Below are positions 52,294 through 64,000 of a stretch of 64,000 bases of DNA, in pieces. The position numbers and the translations under genes were made by a program. Numbering within the stretch: the first letter of the stretch is position 1; each line of letters begins with the position of its first letter. Below the pieces are notes generated by a model, which had not been told where the DNA came from, made no database searches, and saw only the letters and a program-made list of their open reading frames with translations. Source of the DNA: Podarcis vaucheri. Its lineage: Eukaryota. Where the stretch lies: the NCBI GenBank assembly GCA_965113315.1, contig OZ220369.1. One strand, written 5' to 3'.

Positions 52294-53999
52294 CTGTGAA
52301 AAGAGCCAGCAGGGAAGATATTAGCAGGCGTCCAGTCCTTTGCAAGCCCAACTTTCTTCACTCTGTCAACCCCTGAACTTTGAAATGCATTGCAAGTATG
52401 ATTTGGCTTGTCCCAGCATCCACGTAACACCAAAAAGCTCCTGAACAGGTCTGAATTAGGGCTGTGATATCTACTTGATTAATTGGCAAAATCAAATATA
52501 TAACAAACTTTAATCTACTGAAAAAGGCGTCTCCCCGTTAATCTGGCAGAAGATTTTTCTGAAAATGAGAACATATACTTCTTGCCTCACAAACGTTTAC
52601 CCAACATGCAAATTTAATGGAGTAACACAAATCAATCCATTGACTTTAAACCCTCTTCCGTTATCATATCCCTAACTGGGTTACGGATCTAGTTGAGTGA
52701 GCACTGCAACTTCGACTGCCAGTGTCTCAACAGAGCACTCCCAAACACTTTTATCCACTGGTCTACTTTTCTACAGAGAAAGAAGAGGATGGAAGAGAAC
52801 AGATTCCTGCTTGCAATATCCCGGGCTGGCCGCTGAGTGGCACTGTTGCAGCACAGCCTGCTGGAATTCACCTGTCAAGCCAGGCTCATTTCCGGCAGCT
52901 GCATCGGCACTGTGGGAAAAGTCCATCTGGGTCTCTTAGCGTGCCAAGCAGAGACATTAGCCTGGAGCAAACACAGAGCCCCAGCCAGACAAGGGAGCCA
53001 CTAAGAATCCAAACTACCCCTGAACTGTGGGCCCGTTTATAAAAACCAGCTATCCTGAGATAAAGACGTCTGAGCTCCCTTCAAGTTCTGGTACAGGGAG
53101 AGGATACACAAATAAACTGGAGGAGAGTCAGCAGCCTTAGGCTGTTTCATCCTAACTTAAGCTGAGCATTGCCAACAGGTAGGCCAATGAATCAGTGTTA
53201 TCTGGCCCACCTTTAATCAAGGTGGATTGTTTTTTTAAAAAAGTAGTAGTAATATTCATACAAATAAAAAAAAGAATAGGTTTGAAAAAGCTGGATATAT
53301 TTCCATTCTACATCCACATTGGACTTTCTGTACAATGCTCCTGGTTATGCCTGAATACAGAAGCTTGTTCATTATGAAGGAAAAGGCTGCAGCTCAGTTG
53401 TGATGCACTTGAATGCAGGAGGTTCCTGAAGAAGATTGGAAAGCCAATCAGTGAAGACAATACAGAGCAAGTTGGAACAAGGGTCTGACTTTGTGTGAGG
53501 CACCTTCAATGCTCCTATGAAGGTTTTACCATGTTAAGGGTCACCAGCGCTATCAGAGGACTTGACCGCCCATGCTGGATTTGGAGAGTGTGAGAAAATA
53601 TACTTTTAGGCCACAACTGGAGAAGACAGGACCCTTTGAGAATACAGAAGCTGGTCAACCTGATTAAAGCTACGGTAAGGGTGTTATTTGATAGCCAGAA
53701 TTTGCAGTTTGTCATCTCATCAAAGATGGTTGAACAAAGGGGTGTTGTGGGAGAAACACTTTGTGTACTTTAGTGCCATAATAATAAATCTGTTAGTTTT
53801 TTAAGGTGCCTTAGTATATTTGTTGTTTTTGCTGCTACAGAGGAAGAAGGTGACCTCCCCAGAATTCCTTGTTCCTGTAAGACAGCTGCTCTTCCAGGAT
53901 AACCACCTGGGACAAAATTGTAGAACCTCAGTAGTGTGAGGAAGCTCCAGGGCAGGCACATGCTAGCCAAGAATGTTAAAAGCTTGCAAGCTCCTGTGG

Positions 54000-54130
54000 T
54001 TCAGGAATGGGAAAGCCTGTGGCCCTCCAAAGGTACTTGCATTCCAGTTTCCAACCTGCTCTGGCCAGGACAGCCAGTGGTTTGGGATGATGGCAGCTGT
54101 AGTCCAGCAGGAACTGGAAGGCCACACCTT
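54000..54130. mobile_element. Short hAT-derived MITE
   Basis: caggaatgggaaagcctgtggccctcc...tgtagtccagc...ctggaaggccacac. Confidence 0.55.
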
Positions 54131-54349
54131 CTTCAGTTAACACCTCATCATTTTGGGATGAGGAGTTTTCTAATTTTGCCCCTTTGCATTGCAAGCCTCC
54201 AATCAGTTTTCGCTATAAAACTTAATATTACTTTGTCCCCACTTCTCATACAGATCGGAATCCCAACATGCTGGGGTTCTGCTTATGCCCACTTTAACTT
54301 TTGGCAGCCTGCACTGAGTTCCCTAGTAACCTGTCCCATCCTCACTCAC

Positions 54350-54465
54350 CCGTCATCATCTGAATCTTCTGTATCAGAAGCATTGAGGAAGCTGAAACTC
54401 TCCAGAGCATGCTCTACCGTCAGGCTGGTGCTGGAGGCCCGGCTCAGGCACACACCCTGCTTTTG
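54350..54465 (-). CDS. RIPOR1: RIPOR1 exon (QKQGVCLSRASSTSLTVEHALESFSFLNASDTEDSDDD)
   Basis: ccacag|CAA...GG|gtgagt, 116 nt; conserved SLTVEHALESFSFL motif. Confidence 0.95.
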
Positions 54466-55590
54466 CTGTGGGGTGAGGGGAAAGAAAACAAGTATCACTT
54501 TGTCCACTCTGGCAGCTGTTTCCTATGTCTGCCAGCAAAACACTCTGGGCCATGAGAGCAAGCCCTGATCACCGGTGCTTCTGTGGTTGCAGCCGCTGTA
54601 GCTTCGAGAAGTGAGAAACTCTGAACAATTTCTAAGGGGAAAGTTGTAGGGAGGGGACATCTTCTAATCTCATAAGTATAAAAGCATAAGAATAATGTCA
54701 AAAGCAATATTCGGGCAATAGCTTTTATCAGGACAACCAAAATGTCACAAAACTTGTGTGCAAGCTTTTAAGTTCTCCAGAACTCTTTTTATCAGGCTGG
54801 ATGGTAAACAAAGCTGGCTGGCCCAGGGGTGGGGGACAAAGGGAGGGGGAACTTGGCTGAGAGTGAAGCCAGGGAATCTCCATCTGATCTGTCTCAAGAT
54901 GGAATGTGGAAGGAGGTGGCAGACATTCAGACTCATTTTCCTCAGGTGCCATGCAGCTTTCAGGTTGCCCTTAAGGATGCTGGGAAGAAGGAACATACCA
55001 TATTTTTTTTGCTTCTATATGTAAGGCAGAATTTGGCTTCTATGTGTATCTGTTTGTGGGCTGAGTGTTGGATTCTGTTAGTCAGGATGCACCTTGGCAA
55101 GAGGGAGGATGAAAAAGGAAGGGACCCCAGACTCTAAATGTGCTTCAAAAACTGTTGTTACATTTCCGGGGGGGGGGGGTGTTCTTGTTTTATTGTACTG
55201 TATTGTAGCTCTGCTTTATATTACATTGAATTGGATTATATTACCTTGTAGTTTCTCAGTTTTCTTTTTGTTATATACACATATTGCTATTTTGTTAACT
55301 GCTTATGTGCATCTGCAACAAGGTGGGAACACTAGAAAGAATTTACAGTGGTCAGGGAGCGAGGCTTCAGGGGTCCAACAAATTATTCTTTTGTTCTTCC
55401 CTATGGTTGGCACAAATTATGCAAACAACAACAAGCAAATATGCACAAAGTGAGGTTTGTTTGCACAATTCACACAAGTTCCAGAATTCAGCAAAGTTTG
55501 GTTAAAACATTTTATTTCAGCTCTAAATATACAGATCCAGGGATGCTGTCCTTCCCCCAGCCATGGTCTTCTTTACCCCCTCTCACTCAC

Positions 55591-56292
55591 CAAGAGAATC
55601 TCCTCTAGGTGCTTGAGCTCCTGCTCCAAGGTCTGCAGCTCAGGGAACTGGCCTCGGTAGTCATCTAGAGCAGAGGCCAGTGAGTTGATGGCCTCCTCCA
55701 GCCCACAGTCCACAGGCTTGGGCTTTGGTGGCTCCAAGAGTCCCACTGGCTGAAGCTCCTTTGGGACCGGCAGGCTCAATGAAAGCTTGGGCTGTTCAAC
55801 CTCTGGGGCTTGGGAGGCTGTGTCCTCACTCCCTTCTACAGTGGGAGTGGCCCCATCAGGCTCAATCTCCTGTTCTCCAGCCTCTATGATCTGAGTGTCC
55901 AGCACTGAGCCTGCACTTTGGGGCAAGGAGTTCGTTTCCAGCGGAGGCAGGTCCCTGGGACTGGAGTCTCTGGGGACAGTGCACTCCTTGTCCTCTGCCA
56001 CTGGCAGGTCCACACTAGCCTCGCTGATCTGGCTAAGAGTCCGAGCATAGGGCACATGTCCGTTAGCCACAGCCACCTCCTCGCGAACGGCTGGTGGCTC
56101 TTTGTCCTCGGGTTGCGTGAAGGCAATTTCTATGGCAGGCGGAGTTGCCTGTACTGCAGGTTGCACAATAGGCCTGGGCAGTGTATGGCGTGCACTTCCA
56201 GACAGCTGTGGGCTAGAGGAATCGTCCGAAGACTCTGAAGAGATGGACCAGGCTGCCCCGTTCTCAAGCTCCTCCTGCTGCCGCAACATGTT
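55591..56292 (-). CDS. RIPOR1: RIPOR1 large central exon (NMLRQQEELENG...LEEILL)
   Basis: ttccag|AAC...TTG|gtgagt, 702 nt; SSESSDDSSSPQLSG and LDDYRGQFPELQ motifs. Confidence 0.96.
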
Positions 56293-57324
56293 CTGGAAAG
56301 AATGCAGCATAGATGAGACACGAGGGATGCATTGAGCATAGTGCATGTGTGCAAGCATGGAAACATCTGTCACCGCCTACACCCCCAGCATAACGCCATC
56401 ACTTCCTTCCACACACCCCACTCCTTTACTCTTCAGGCTCACTGAAGCTTCCTTATTTGTGCCCCTTGACCCCCATGATAAGCTCCATTGTTACACCAGG
56501 CTGCAACTGAGCCCCCACTCTCTTCACTTGGCCAGCAACAGACACTTGGGAGATTGTGCCCTTTGGGTGGAAAGATGCTGGAGATCAGAGAGACTGCAAC
56601 TTTGGTAGGAGCAGGAAGCGCAAAATGTTGGTCATCATTTTGCGGCTCGGCTCCCCACTGGAGAAGACAGCTTGCCCAGGATGCGTGATGCTGCATCTCT
56701 TCCAGACAAAAGCAAGTCTCTGCTTCAAGTCTCAACAGTCTTGGAGACAAGACTCCAGGGCAGCAGCCCAGCTACTTGTGGGCAGTTAAATCAACCTCCC
56801 TTGAAAGTGGGGTTGGATCCAGAACTGGCCAGGAGGGCCATCATTCCTAGCTGCCCTGTTCTTGGTTCGCTGTGACAACTCAAGGTGCCCTCGACAAGAT
56901 GGCAAGGCTCCTGAGAAGCATTTCAGCCCCTAACCATTCTCTAACAGGCTGCTTGGAGGGATATTGGCTTCCAGCCCTCCAGCCCAACCCTTTCTATTCA
57001 AAGCCCTTTGTGCTTCTTTACATAGCTTCTACCACTCCTCCATACATCCACCACCCATGGATAAGGGCAGGGATTGCAGCCAAGATGAGACACACGAGTG
57101 ATTTGTTTGTTTGCCAGGTCCCAGCACTGAGCCACATGTCACAAATCACATGAGAAATTATATGCCAATTCTCTGCTAATCTTTGTGGCAGACAAGGAGG
57201 AAATCACTGTTTACTTCAGTTAGCACCCCAGACGAAGGAATGTTGCACAATTCCCTGAAGGTTACATTTCCTTCTTTCTTGAGATACCTGCTCCAGTTTG
57301 GAAATACCACAAATTACACAGAGG

Positions 57325-57500
57325 AACATGGGAAGCCACCTCATGCTGAGTCAGACCACTAGTCCATCTGACTCGGTATTGTCTACACTAACTGGTAGCA
57401 TCTTGCCAGGGATAAGGGACATTCCCAGCTGTACCTGGAGCTGCAAGGAATTGAACCTGGTACATTCTATGGGCAAAGCATCTGAATTACTACTGAGCTA
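57325..57500 (-). mobile_element. Squam3-like SINE
   Basis: ggaagccacctcatgctgagtcagaccact...tattgtctacact...ggaattgaacctgg...actgagctac. Confidence 0.55.
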
Positions 57501-57513
57501 CAGCCTGTACGTA

Positions 57514-57516
<3 letters not shown>

Positions 57517-57556
<40 letters not shown>
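57517..57556. repeat. (CA)n microsatellite
   Basis: About 20 units, seen directly. Confidence 0.95.
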
Positions 57557-57557
<1 letters not shown>

Positions 57558-58128
57558 AGCTTGGGAGGCCTAGAGCAGGGAGGGGAAACCTGTCATCCTC
57601 CACATGTTCAACTCCCATTATAATTTACCATTTGCAATGCTGGCTGGGGATGATGAGAGTTGGAGTTCATCATCATCAACTGGAAGGTCAAAGGTTCCTC
57701 AAGTCCTGGCCTACAGGGAGGCAGCTCTTCCTCAGCCACCAAATCCACCAGAAGGCAGCCATATGATGAATATGGGCAGCACATAGAAGGCTGGTATATT
57801 ACAGAAGGCAAACTGGTGTGAGGAAGAAATCTAGTACTACAAAAAGCAGGAGACAAAAGCCTGTATGATCCACACCCTGCCTTCAGGGGCAGCAGCAAGT
57901 AAGCACACGATTGCCACAAAACACCACAATCTGGGAAGACAGGGGAAGTCCACTGCTCACTACTGCAAAGCGGCAGAGGGACGGGCAAGATTCTGCAGTC
58001 AATCCACTTGCCTTATTCACAGCTCTGATTCAGGCCTTGAAATAGGAACCACAGACTAGCATACGGGAGACAGAGCACAGCTACGTCTACATCAGGTGAC
58101 TAGGCTAAGCTACAGGGCCAGCACTTAC

Positions 58129-58272
58129 ACAGCCCCGAGGTGCCCTTGTGCCGAGCTGCACTGAGGAGACGTCGCTGCATGAGCAGCTCCGCGGCAGCCT
58201 CTCTAGGAAAGTCTCCCGGAAGATGTCCAACAAGGCCCACCTGTGCTTGTGGGGAGCCTCCCGTGGCAGGCT
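58129..58272 (-). CDS. RIPOR1: Putative RIPOR1 cassette exon (48 aa: SLPREAPHKHRWALLDIFRETFLERLPRSCSCSDVSSVQLGTRAPRGC)
   Basis: ctgac branch point + polypyrimidine tract + taag|AGC...TGT|gtaagt; 144 nt, phase 0-0, open frame, locally CpG-rich. Confidence 0.7.
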
Positions 58273-58399
58273 CTTAAGCGGAGAAAGAGGCAACGGTCAG
58301 CACCAAGGGCTCAGCTCCATTACAACATGAGACTCACTTGCCTTACAGACAATCTCTCTGGCAATCAGGGCCACTCTGCTTCCCATAACTGATCAATCT

Positions 58400-58640
58400 G
58401 CCAGTGTGGGGGTACTGGTTAGAGTCTCAGACTGGGACCTGAAAGACCTGGGTTCCAATCCCCGCCCAACCATGATGCTCGCTGGGTGACCTTGGGCAGA
58501 TCACTGCATCTCAGCCTAACTTGCCTCACAGGGTTCTTGTGGGGATTAAATGAGGAGGGAGAGAATGATGCACACCACCTTGAGAGCTCCTTGGAGGAAA
58601 TGCTGGGATATACCGGTAAATGCATTTAAAAAATAAATAA
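58400..58640 (+). mobile_element. MIR/CORE-like SINE
   Basis: ggttagagt...ctgggttccaatccc...gtgaccttgggcagatcact...cctcacagggtt...taaataaa tail. Confidence 0.7.
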
Positions 58641-59035
58641 TAACCTGACATTTCCCCTATCAACCAGATGTTGTCCTCTCCTTTCCTGCACTAATTTCCT
58701 CAACTTCTTCAGCTCAAGACAGAGGCCTGGTTCAGATGCTAAAGTCTTGACTTGATAAACTATGGTTTCTTGGACTGAGAACAAGTGTTGACCCCTCCAC
58801 TTCTCCCACATGCCTTAATGCAATATGTTCAAAGTAGGACTTGCTCTGAAGATCTCTCCAGCTCATATAGCACTGTGGCTAAAAGTTTGAGCTGTGATCC
58901 AGGAGGCTGCTGATTTTTAGCCACATCTCAGCCACAAACTCAGTTGGTGGGACTTAGGAAAGCTACAGTTCTCCCAACTAGGACCAGGAGTGTGGGTTCT
59001 GATTCCCTTCCGGGTTTTTCCCCCTTTGCACTCAC

Positions 59036-59165
59036 ATAAAAAGCCTGTTCGCGCATAGATGGTGTGTCAGGTGGGCTCTGGTTGTACGTGGAAAATCTCT
59101 TGTTGACTGTAGATGTCTTTGTCACAGTGCTAGCAGATGATGGTTGGTCCTCTTTGTCAAAGGGG
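59036..59165 (-). CDS. RIPOR1: RIPOR1 exon (PFDKEDQ...PPDTPSMREQAFY)
   Basis: caccag|C...TAT|gtgagt, 130 nt. Confidence 0.96.
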
Positions 59166-59553
59166 CTGGTGAAAAGAAAGCAGAATGCTCAGAGAGAAAA
59201 ATGAACCACCCCTCCTGTACACTGATGTAAGAAGAGAAAGGGAGGGTCACACATTATGAAATCCTCTTGGGGAGTCACAATTCAGAGCAGCCTTCCAGAA
59301 GTTTTGGACCACAGATCGCGTTGGTCCCAGTCAGCACGCTATACTTGCCATGGGCTGTTGGGAGTTGTAGTTCAAAACACCCGGAGGGCACTAAGCTGGG
59401 GAAGGAGGATCTATAGTACCATGGTCCCAGTTCCCTCACTTATCAGGCCCCTTCCCTTCAGGTTCTGTAAGATCACAACCTTCCTCACCCAAGAGCATTT
59501 CTCACACAGCTCCACAACAGAGAAACTCAATAAGCCTCAAGAGAATAACTCAC

Positions 59554-59702
59554 TTCCAATTAACCTCCAGGCTCAGCTTGATGGTGCCCAGGTCATTGAT
59601 ATCTACTGCCACGACCTGGGGCAGTGCTGCAAACAGGTCCTTGGTTTCACAAGAGACGTTCCCCACCACCACATGACTGGCCAAGCTCTTCAGCTCTGTT
59701 AC
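59554..59702 (-). CDS. RIPOR1: RIPOR1 exon ([14 protein letters not shown]...[16 protein letters not shown])
   Basis: cccag|GTA...GGAA|gtgagt, 149 nt. Confidence 0.97.
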
Positions 59703-59797
59703 CTGGGAGGAGAAGGAAGAGTTGAGGCCCAGTAAGCCTAGGAAATGAATTGTCTTTCCTGTGACAGGGGCCAGCTGCCCAGAGTGGCACCAGATAC

Positions 59798-59923
59798 CTT
59801 GATGGACAGGAACTCTGTAATGAGGGGCAGGAAGATCATCTCCTCACTGTCCCACACTTGCTTGCTGTTTGCCTCAATGCGGCCCCGCAGCTTCCACCGC
59901 TGGCGCCCGTATCTCATGAAGAT
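59798..59923 (-). CDS. RIPOR1: RIPOR1 exon ([17 protein letters not shown]...FLSIK)
   Basis: ggcag|ATC...AAG|gtatct, 126 nt; PL48/FAM65 N-terminal domain. Confidence 0.97.
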
Positions 59924-60133
59924 CTGCCACAAAGAATAAGAGAGTTCAGATCAACTGGATGGATGTGAAACAAGGTGTGCACCCTATTAGAGCTGGACAA
60001 GAGCTATTGCAATCAGTGCTGGGGAACCAGATTCCCTTCGAACAAGCTGTTCGGTCAACTCCAGTTCATCTAGTTTCCAGGACCCAAGCCCCTCCCTCTC
60101 CACATGTTCTGAGCCCATCTCTAACTCACAAAC

Positions 60134-60177
60134 CTCATATTGGTCTCCAGCACAGAGCCTAGCAAAGCCAGCCAATC
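60134..60177 (-). CDS. RIPOR1: RIPOR1 exon (GLAGFARLCAGDQYE)
   Basis: ttgcag|GA...GAG|gtttgt, 44 nt. Confidence 0.96.
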
Positions 60178-60458
60178 CTGCAAGAGGAAAAAAGTGTCAA
60201 TGCTTCTGTCATGACCCCACAATTTTGCTGATCCACATAAATGACAAGAGGTGTGGGACAGGGTGCAGATACATGTTTAGGAGGTAAACTTGCAGTTGGA
60301 ATTTCATATATGGGATCTGGAGTAAAACATCCGCCGGCAAGAAAAAGGGTTAACCCTCCCACCCACTCAGGGTTATGCCCTCCCAAAGCTGCTTTTCAAG
60401 TTACAAAATGGCTACCAGACATCCCTTTGTATATGACATATTGTTTGCCCTTCTGTAC

Positions 60459-60522
60459 CTTTCATCTTGATGTGGAACTCTCCCAACTGACTCTCTAGTT
60501 CACTCTCCAACAGACACATATT
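60459..60522 (-). CDS. RIPOR1: RIPOR1 exon ([21 protein letters not shown])
   Basis: ttccag|AAT...AAAG|gtacag, 64 nt. Confidence 0.96.
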
Positions 60523-60633
60523 CTGGAAGGGGGAGAAACCAAACAACCACCCATTAATGCCGCCAACACAAAGCCTGGTCCCCATTCCACCATTTCCTTC
60601 CTCCTCCCTCAGTACCAGGCCATCTTGACTCAC

Positions 60634-60786
60634 CTCTGTGTACTCTTTGTAGCCCTTGCTAGCTTCAGCCAAGCTCTCGCGTGCCTCCTTGCTGCCAGGT
60701 GAACCAGCTGTGTAGGCCTTGACCATGTTGTGGGCTCCATCCCGAAGCCGCCGTTGGATGCAGTAGGCCTCGTAAAGCTCATCTAT
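60634..60786 (-). CDS. RIPOR1: RIPOR1 exon ([22 protein letters not shown]...EYTE)
   Basis: taacag|ATA...GAG|gtgagt, 153 nt; Rho-binding/coiled-coil region. Confidence 0.97.
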
Positions 60787-61059
60787 CTGTTAGGAAGTAA
60801 ACCACAGAGCTAGGATGATGGGCTGTAGGGGATGCTTGGCAGAAAGTTTGGTTGCCACAAACCCAGATCAGCGGAAGCATTCAATAGGGTCTCAAATTTC
60901 AGTGGCACCCTGTGCGAACCCAAAATTTGGTGTGTGTCCCCACCCACTTCCCGTCTTCCATTCAACATCAAAGTTGTATCCACCCCTGAGGCTCTGCGCC
61001 CAGTGTGACCAAACCAGCCACGCTTCCCTAAGTCCTCCTCTGCTCCCACCATAAAGCAA

Positions 61060-61185
61060 AGGTGGGAAATCTGTGCCATTCCCACCATTACTGGACTCCC
61101 ATCAGGCCCAGCTAGCATGAGTAAAGGTCAGGAATGATGGGAGCTGGTACCCAGCAAAACCTAGAAGGCCACAGTTTCCCCACTG
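61060..61185. mobile_element. Short hAT-derived MITE
   Basis: gactcccatcaggccc...gatgggagctg...ccacagtttccccactg. Confidence 0.55.
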
Positions 61186-61390
61186 CAGACATGAAGTGCT
61201 CTATGGAACACAACAGACTCCTTTGCTTGGAACGTCAGTCCCCCTACATAGCTATCTGCCTCACAGCGAGACTATACAAAATGAGCAAATATATACAAAC
61301 ATACTTAAACTGCATAATATTCAAAGGTAACAGAGTTCAGCTTTTCTCAGTGCAGAAATTCTGTTTTACAAGCTGAGAAGCAGCTGGTAC

Positions 61391-61444
61391 CTTGCTAGCG
61401 TGAAACTCCAGACGGCGTAGAAACCGCTCAATCGACTTGACTTG
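61391..61444 (-). CDS. RIPOR1: RIPOR1 exon (QVKSIERFLRRLEFHASK)
   Basis: tcacag|CAA...AAG|gtacc, 54 nt. Confidence 0.96.
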
Positions 61445-63444
61445 CTGTGAGACAATAAAAGGAAATCCCATTAGACAGGAATTGGAAATCCGACTGACTA
61501 AGTAGTGAAGCTCCCAGAAATTCTCTACGTTCCCAGCTTGCCCAAGAAAGGATTGGGGTCTTTCCATTTGCAAAAGATAGTAGTATTGGTGCTTAGAGGT
61601 TAAACCGATTCCTTTGCTGATCTGTTTTAGAGCAACAAGTTCCTGATATGTATCTTCATTGGCAAAAGAACAATATTTAAAGCTAAGCAGATATAGCCTA
61701 GCTCAGGTTAATCACTGGGCAACTGGCCAGGGTCCTTCCATCTGGCTGCTGTTCTATGGGCAAGAGGAAGTCATTCAGGGTTGAAAGGCAGGGGTAGGAG
61801 AAACTGGCAAAGTTGCTTTCTTTTAGGCACCAAGCAAAAAGCTGGTTGGTTTGCTCCCACTTTCAATGCTTCCCTCCTACTTTTAACAGAAAGCACATCT
61901 TAAAAACATGCAACTCCTTTTCTTTTTTAAAATCCATCAGATTAGAGGCCATCACTACATCATATCAGATATGCCCATGAAAAGAGAAGTCCAGGTCAGC
62001 AGACTGTAAATAAAAGGGAGGCCTGGAAGTGCTCAGTTTCCTCTCTCATTTTTTAACTCAAAATTTCGGAACCACACATCTGCCCTCCTCAGCCTGCCCA
62101 AATGCAGCATCCTTTCACCAGGCAAAGCTGACCCCCAAAGAGAAAGCTCATTTCCTGTGCTTTTTGTTGCTTGGGGCAGAGTGCAGGATGCATGTAAGTT
62201 GTAACGAGGACTAGCCCCATGGCTGTTTCCCTCCCAGTCACCACATTTAGCAAATATACTGGTTTCCTTGATGTCAAGCACTGGGAAGAAAAGAGATTAG
62301 AAACTAACTTTGAAACTTCATCATTTTAATGTTATCATTATTATTTTGAGATTTCATTATCTATTTAAAGGATAAATTAGTTACCCTTTTTTGTTATGTC
62401 TCTAGCAAAGGAATCCATTTTTATTTATTTTTTATTTTTGCCTTCAGTTCCTCAAGGAAACTTCTTGGAAAAGAGCAGCTTCAGCCAGGGCATGCCTGAG
62501 TTAAAACTGAAAAAACTGCCCCCTTGATTTCTTTATGTTCTCCTGGCCCCACAACCAGAAGTTACTGATGCAGCTAACACAGAGACTAACCTCAGGCTGG
62601 AGATAGGCAAATAGTTTTTATAAGAGAGTTGCAACTGGCTCAAGAGAGATTTCGCAAGGTATTTACCTAATGGTATTTCTTTTATTCACTTCATGTCTCA
62701 CCAAACAGGTTTTGCATGTTTTTGAAACAATGCAAAGTCTTGCAAGAACTGTTTATCAGATGCAAAAGAGCAGGATAGGGTGTTTACATCCACTCTTTTG
62801 TTGACATCCTACTCTTTTGATATGAAAGTAGCAATACCTGTCTTGGAACCACTTTCCACCCCTCTCCAAGGTGGGGAAATTATCATCTGCTCCACTATAA
62901 ACCAAAAGCAACCTCAAAGGCTGCCAGTCTGAGCAAAGGAAGGGCCAGCAGGGTGCAGGAGAAACTGCTTGACTCGTTAGTCTATAGCCATTGTATAGCC
63001 CCAAGCTTCTTCCTCCACCCACAGTATATCTTCCCCTGCATGTGAGAAAGCAGCTGAAGAGATCAGAAATGCAGGATTAAGCAGTCCTTCCTTCCCCTCT
63101 TCTGCTTTTGATTATGACTTCCGAGGCAGCTTTTAAAGAGAAACACAGTGAAAAGAGATGCAGAACTCCTGCGTCACATCTAGTTTGGCTCTTAAGGCAG
63201 TTGGCCAAACAAAGGATTCAGGAAGTGACATCTGAAGGAAAGCAGCAGAAGCAGCAGGAGAGAAGCATCACTGAAGTCAAGTAACTTGACTTTCTGTGCT
63301 AGCAAAGGCAGGGATAAGAGATGCAACCCAAGGCCCAGAAGCTTCAATGTCTTGCATCCAAGAGATACAGAACTCAATGGGTTGACAAGCCCTCCCCCAC
63401 CCGCAATCCAAGGCAAGCACAATTTCCTTTGCAGCATGCCTTAC

Positions 63445-63468
63445 CTTATCAAGATCGTACAGAAAGCC
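63445..63468 (-). CDS. RIPOR1: RIPOR1 24-nt microexon (GFLYDLDK); upstream exons lie beyond the window
   Basis: ctctag|GGC...AAG|gtaagg. Confidence 0.92.
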
Positions 63469-63534
63469 CTAGAGGAGAAAACAAGGAGAAGGTGAAGGTT
63501 AGGCAGAGGTCAGAAAAAAATGATTGCTGAATAC

Positions 63535-63800
63535 ACAGCCCTGCTGGATTAGACCAAAGGCCTACTTAGTTCAACATCCAGTTTCCCACAGTGGCCAGCC
63601 AGATGCCTATGGTAATACCACAAGCAGAACATGAATGCAGCAGCCTTCTCCCGCTTACGATCACCAACAAGTTGTATTCAGTAGCACACTGCATCCCATA
63701 TTGGGAGATAAAATCCATTCATCACAGATTAGTTGCTACTGTTATCCTTCTCCCCGATGAAGTTGTCGAACACCATTTTCAAGTTGGTGGCCAGCACCAA
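63535..63800 (-). mobile_element. CR1-type LINE 3' fragment
   Basis: ctgctggattagaccaaagg...aagttggtggccagcac; homologous to 35760-36115. Confidence 0.6.
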
Positions 63801-64000
63801 CTGTTCCCAAAAAGCATGTACTGTATATGTGTCCCAAAAACTATCGTCTGCCCCATAGCTCTAGGGAAGCATCCTCAGGATCAGAACTGCTGAGAGCCTA
63901 CAAACATAGCAGAAGCCAATGCTGAGAGGGCAAAGGCTCCAAAACAAACAGTATCAGAAGGCTCCTTCACCTCCCTGACCTGTCACAGTCTCTCTACTAT

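Noticed and set aside
52770-52965. GC-richer, exon-like segment in a RIPOR1 intron
   Set aside because: The acceptor/donor combinations I tried give stops or a phase incompatible with the flanking phase-2 junction, which already joins in frame.
53936-54568. 210-aa plus-strand ORF
   Set aside because: Runs through a MITE and antisense to a RIPOR1 exon; non-ATG start; no domain.

Overview
Vertebrate genomic DNA, most likely a squamate lizard (Sauria SINEs, CR1 fragments and squamate-type MITEs; a lacertid is my inference). It holds three intron-containing genes, all on the minus strand, in the same order as the human 16q22 block. (1) The 3' part of RIPOR1/FAM65A: 18 constitutive coding exons from 63468 to the stop at 44220, 889 aa in window, ending in the PDZ-ligand STAF; the 5' exons lie beyond the right edge. 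(2) The complete CTCF gene: CpG-island promoter and non-coding exon 1 near 38.4-38.6 kb, 10 coding exons 28117->18752 giving 2184 nt / 727 aa with 11 C2H2 fingers, and a 3'UTR of about 1.5 kb. (3) The first 7 coding exons (177 codons) of CARMIL2/RLTPR, 14353->470, which the ORF track essentially misses. I rebuilt all coding exons by hand from GT-AG boundaries and their phases are consistent. No prokaryote-style novel system is present. The best candidates for undescribed biology are: a 144-nt in-frame RIPOR1 cassette exon resembling a RIPOR2 exon; candidate CTCF 5'UTR exons carrying uORFs, one with a GC donor; tandem CTCF motifs in CTCF's own promoter; a possible spliced divergent transcript; and a hAT MITE inside the CTCF 3'UTR. 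Comparisons to human, chicken or paralogue sequences are from memory and need checking by alignment.
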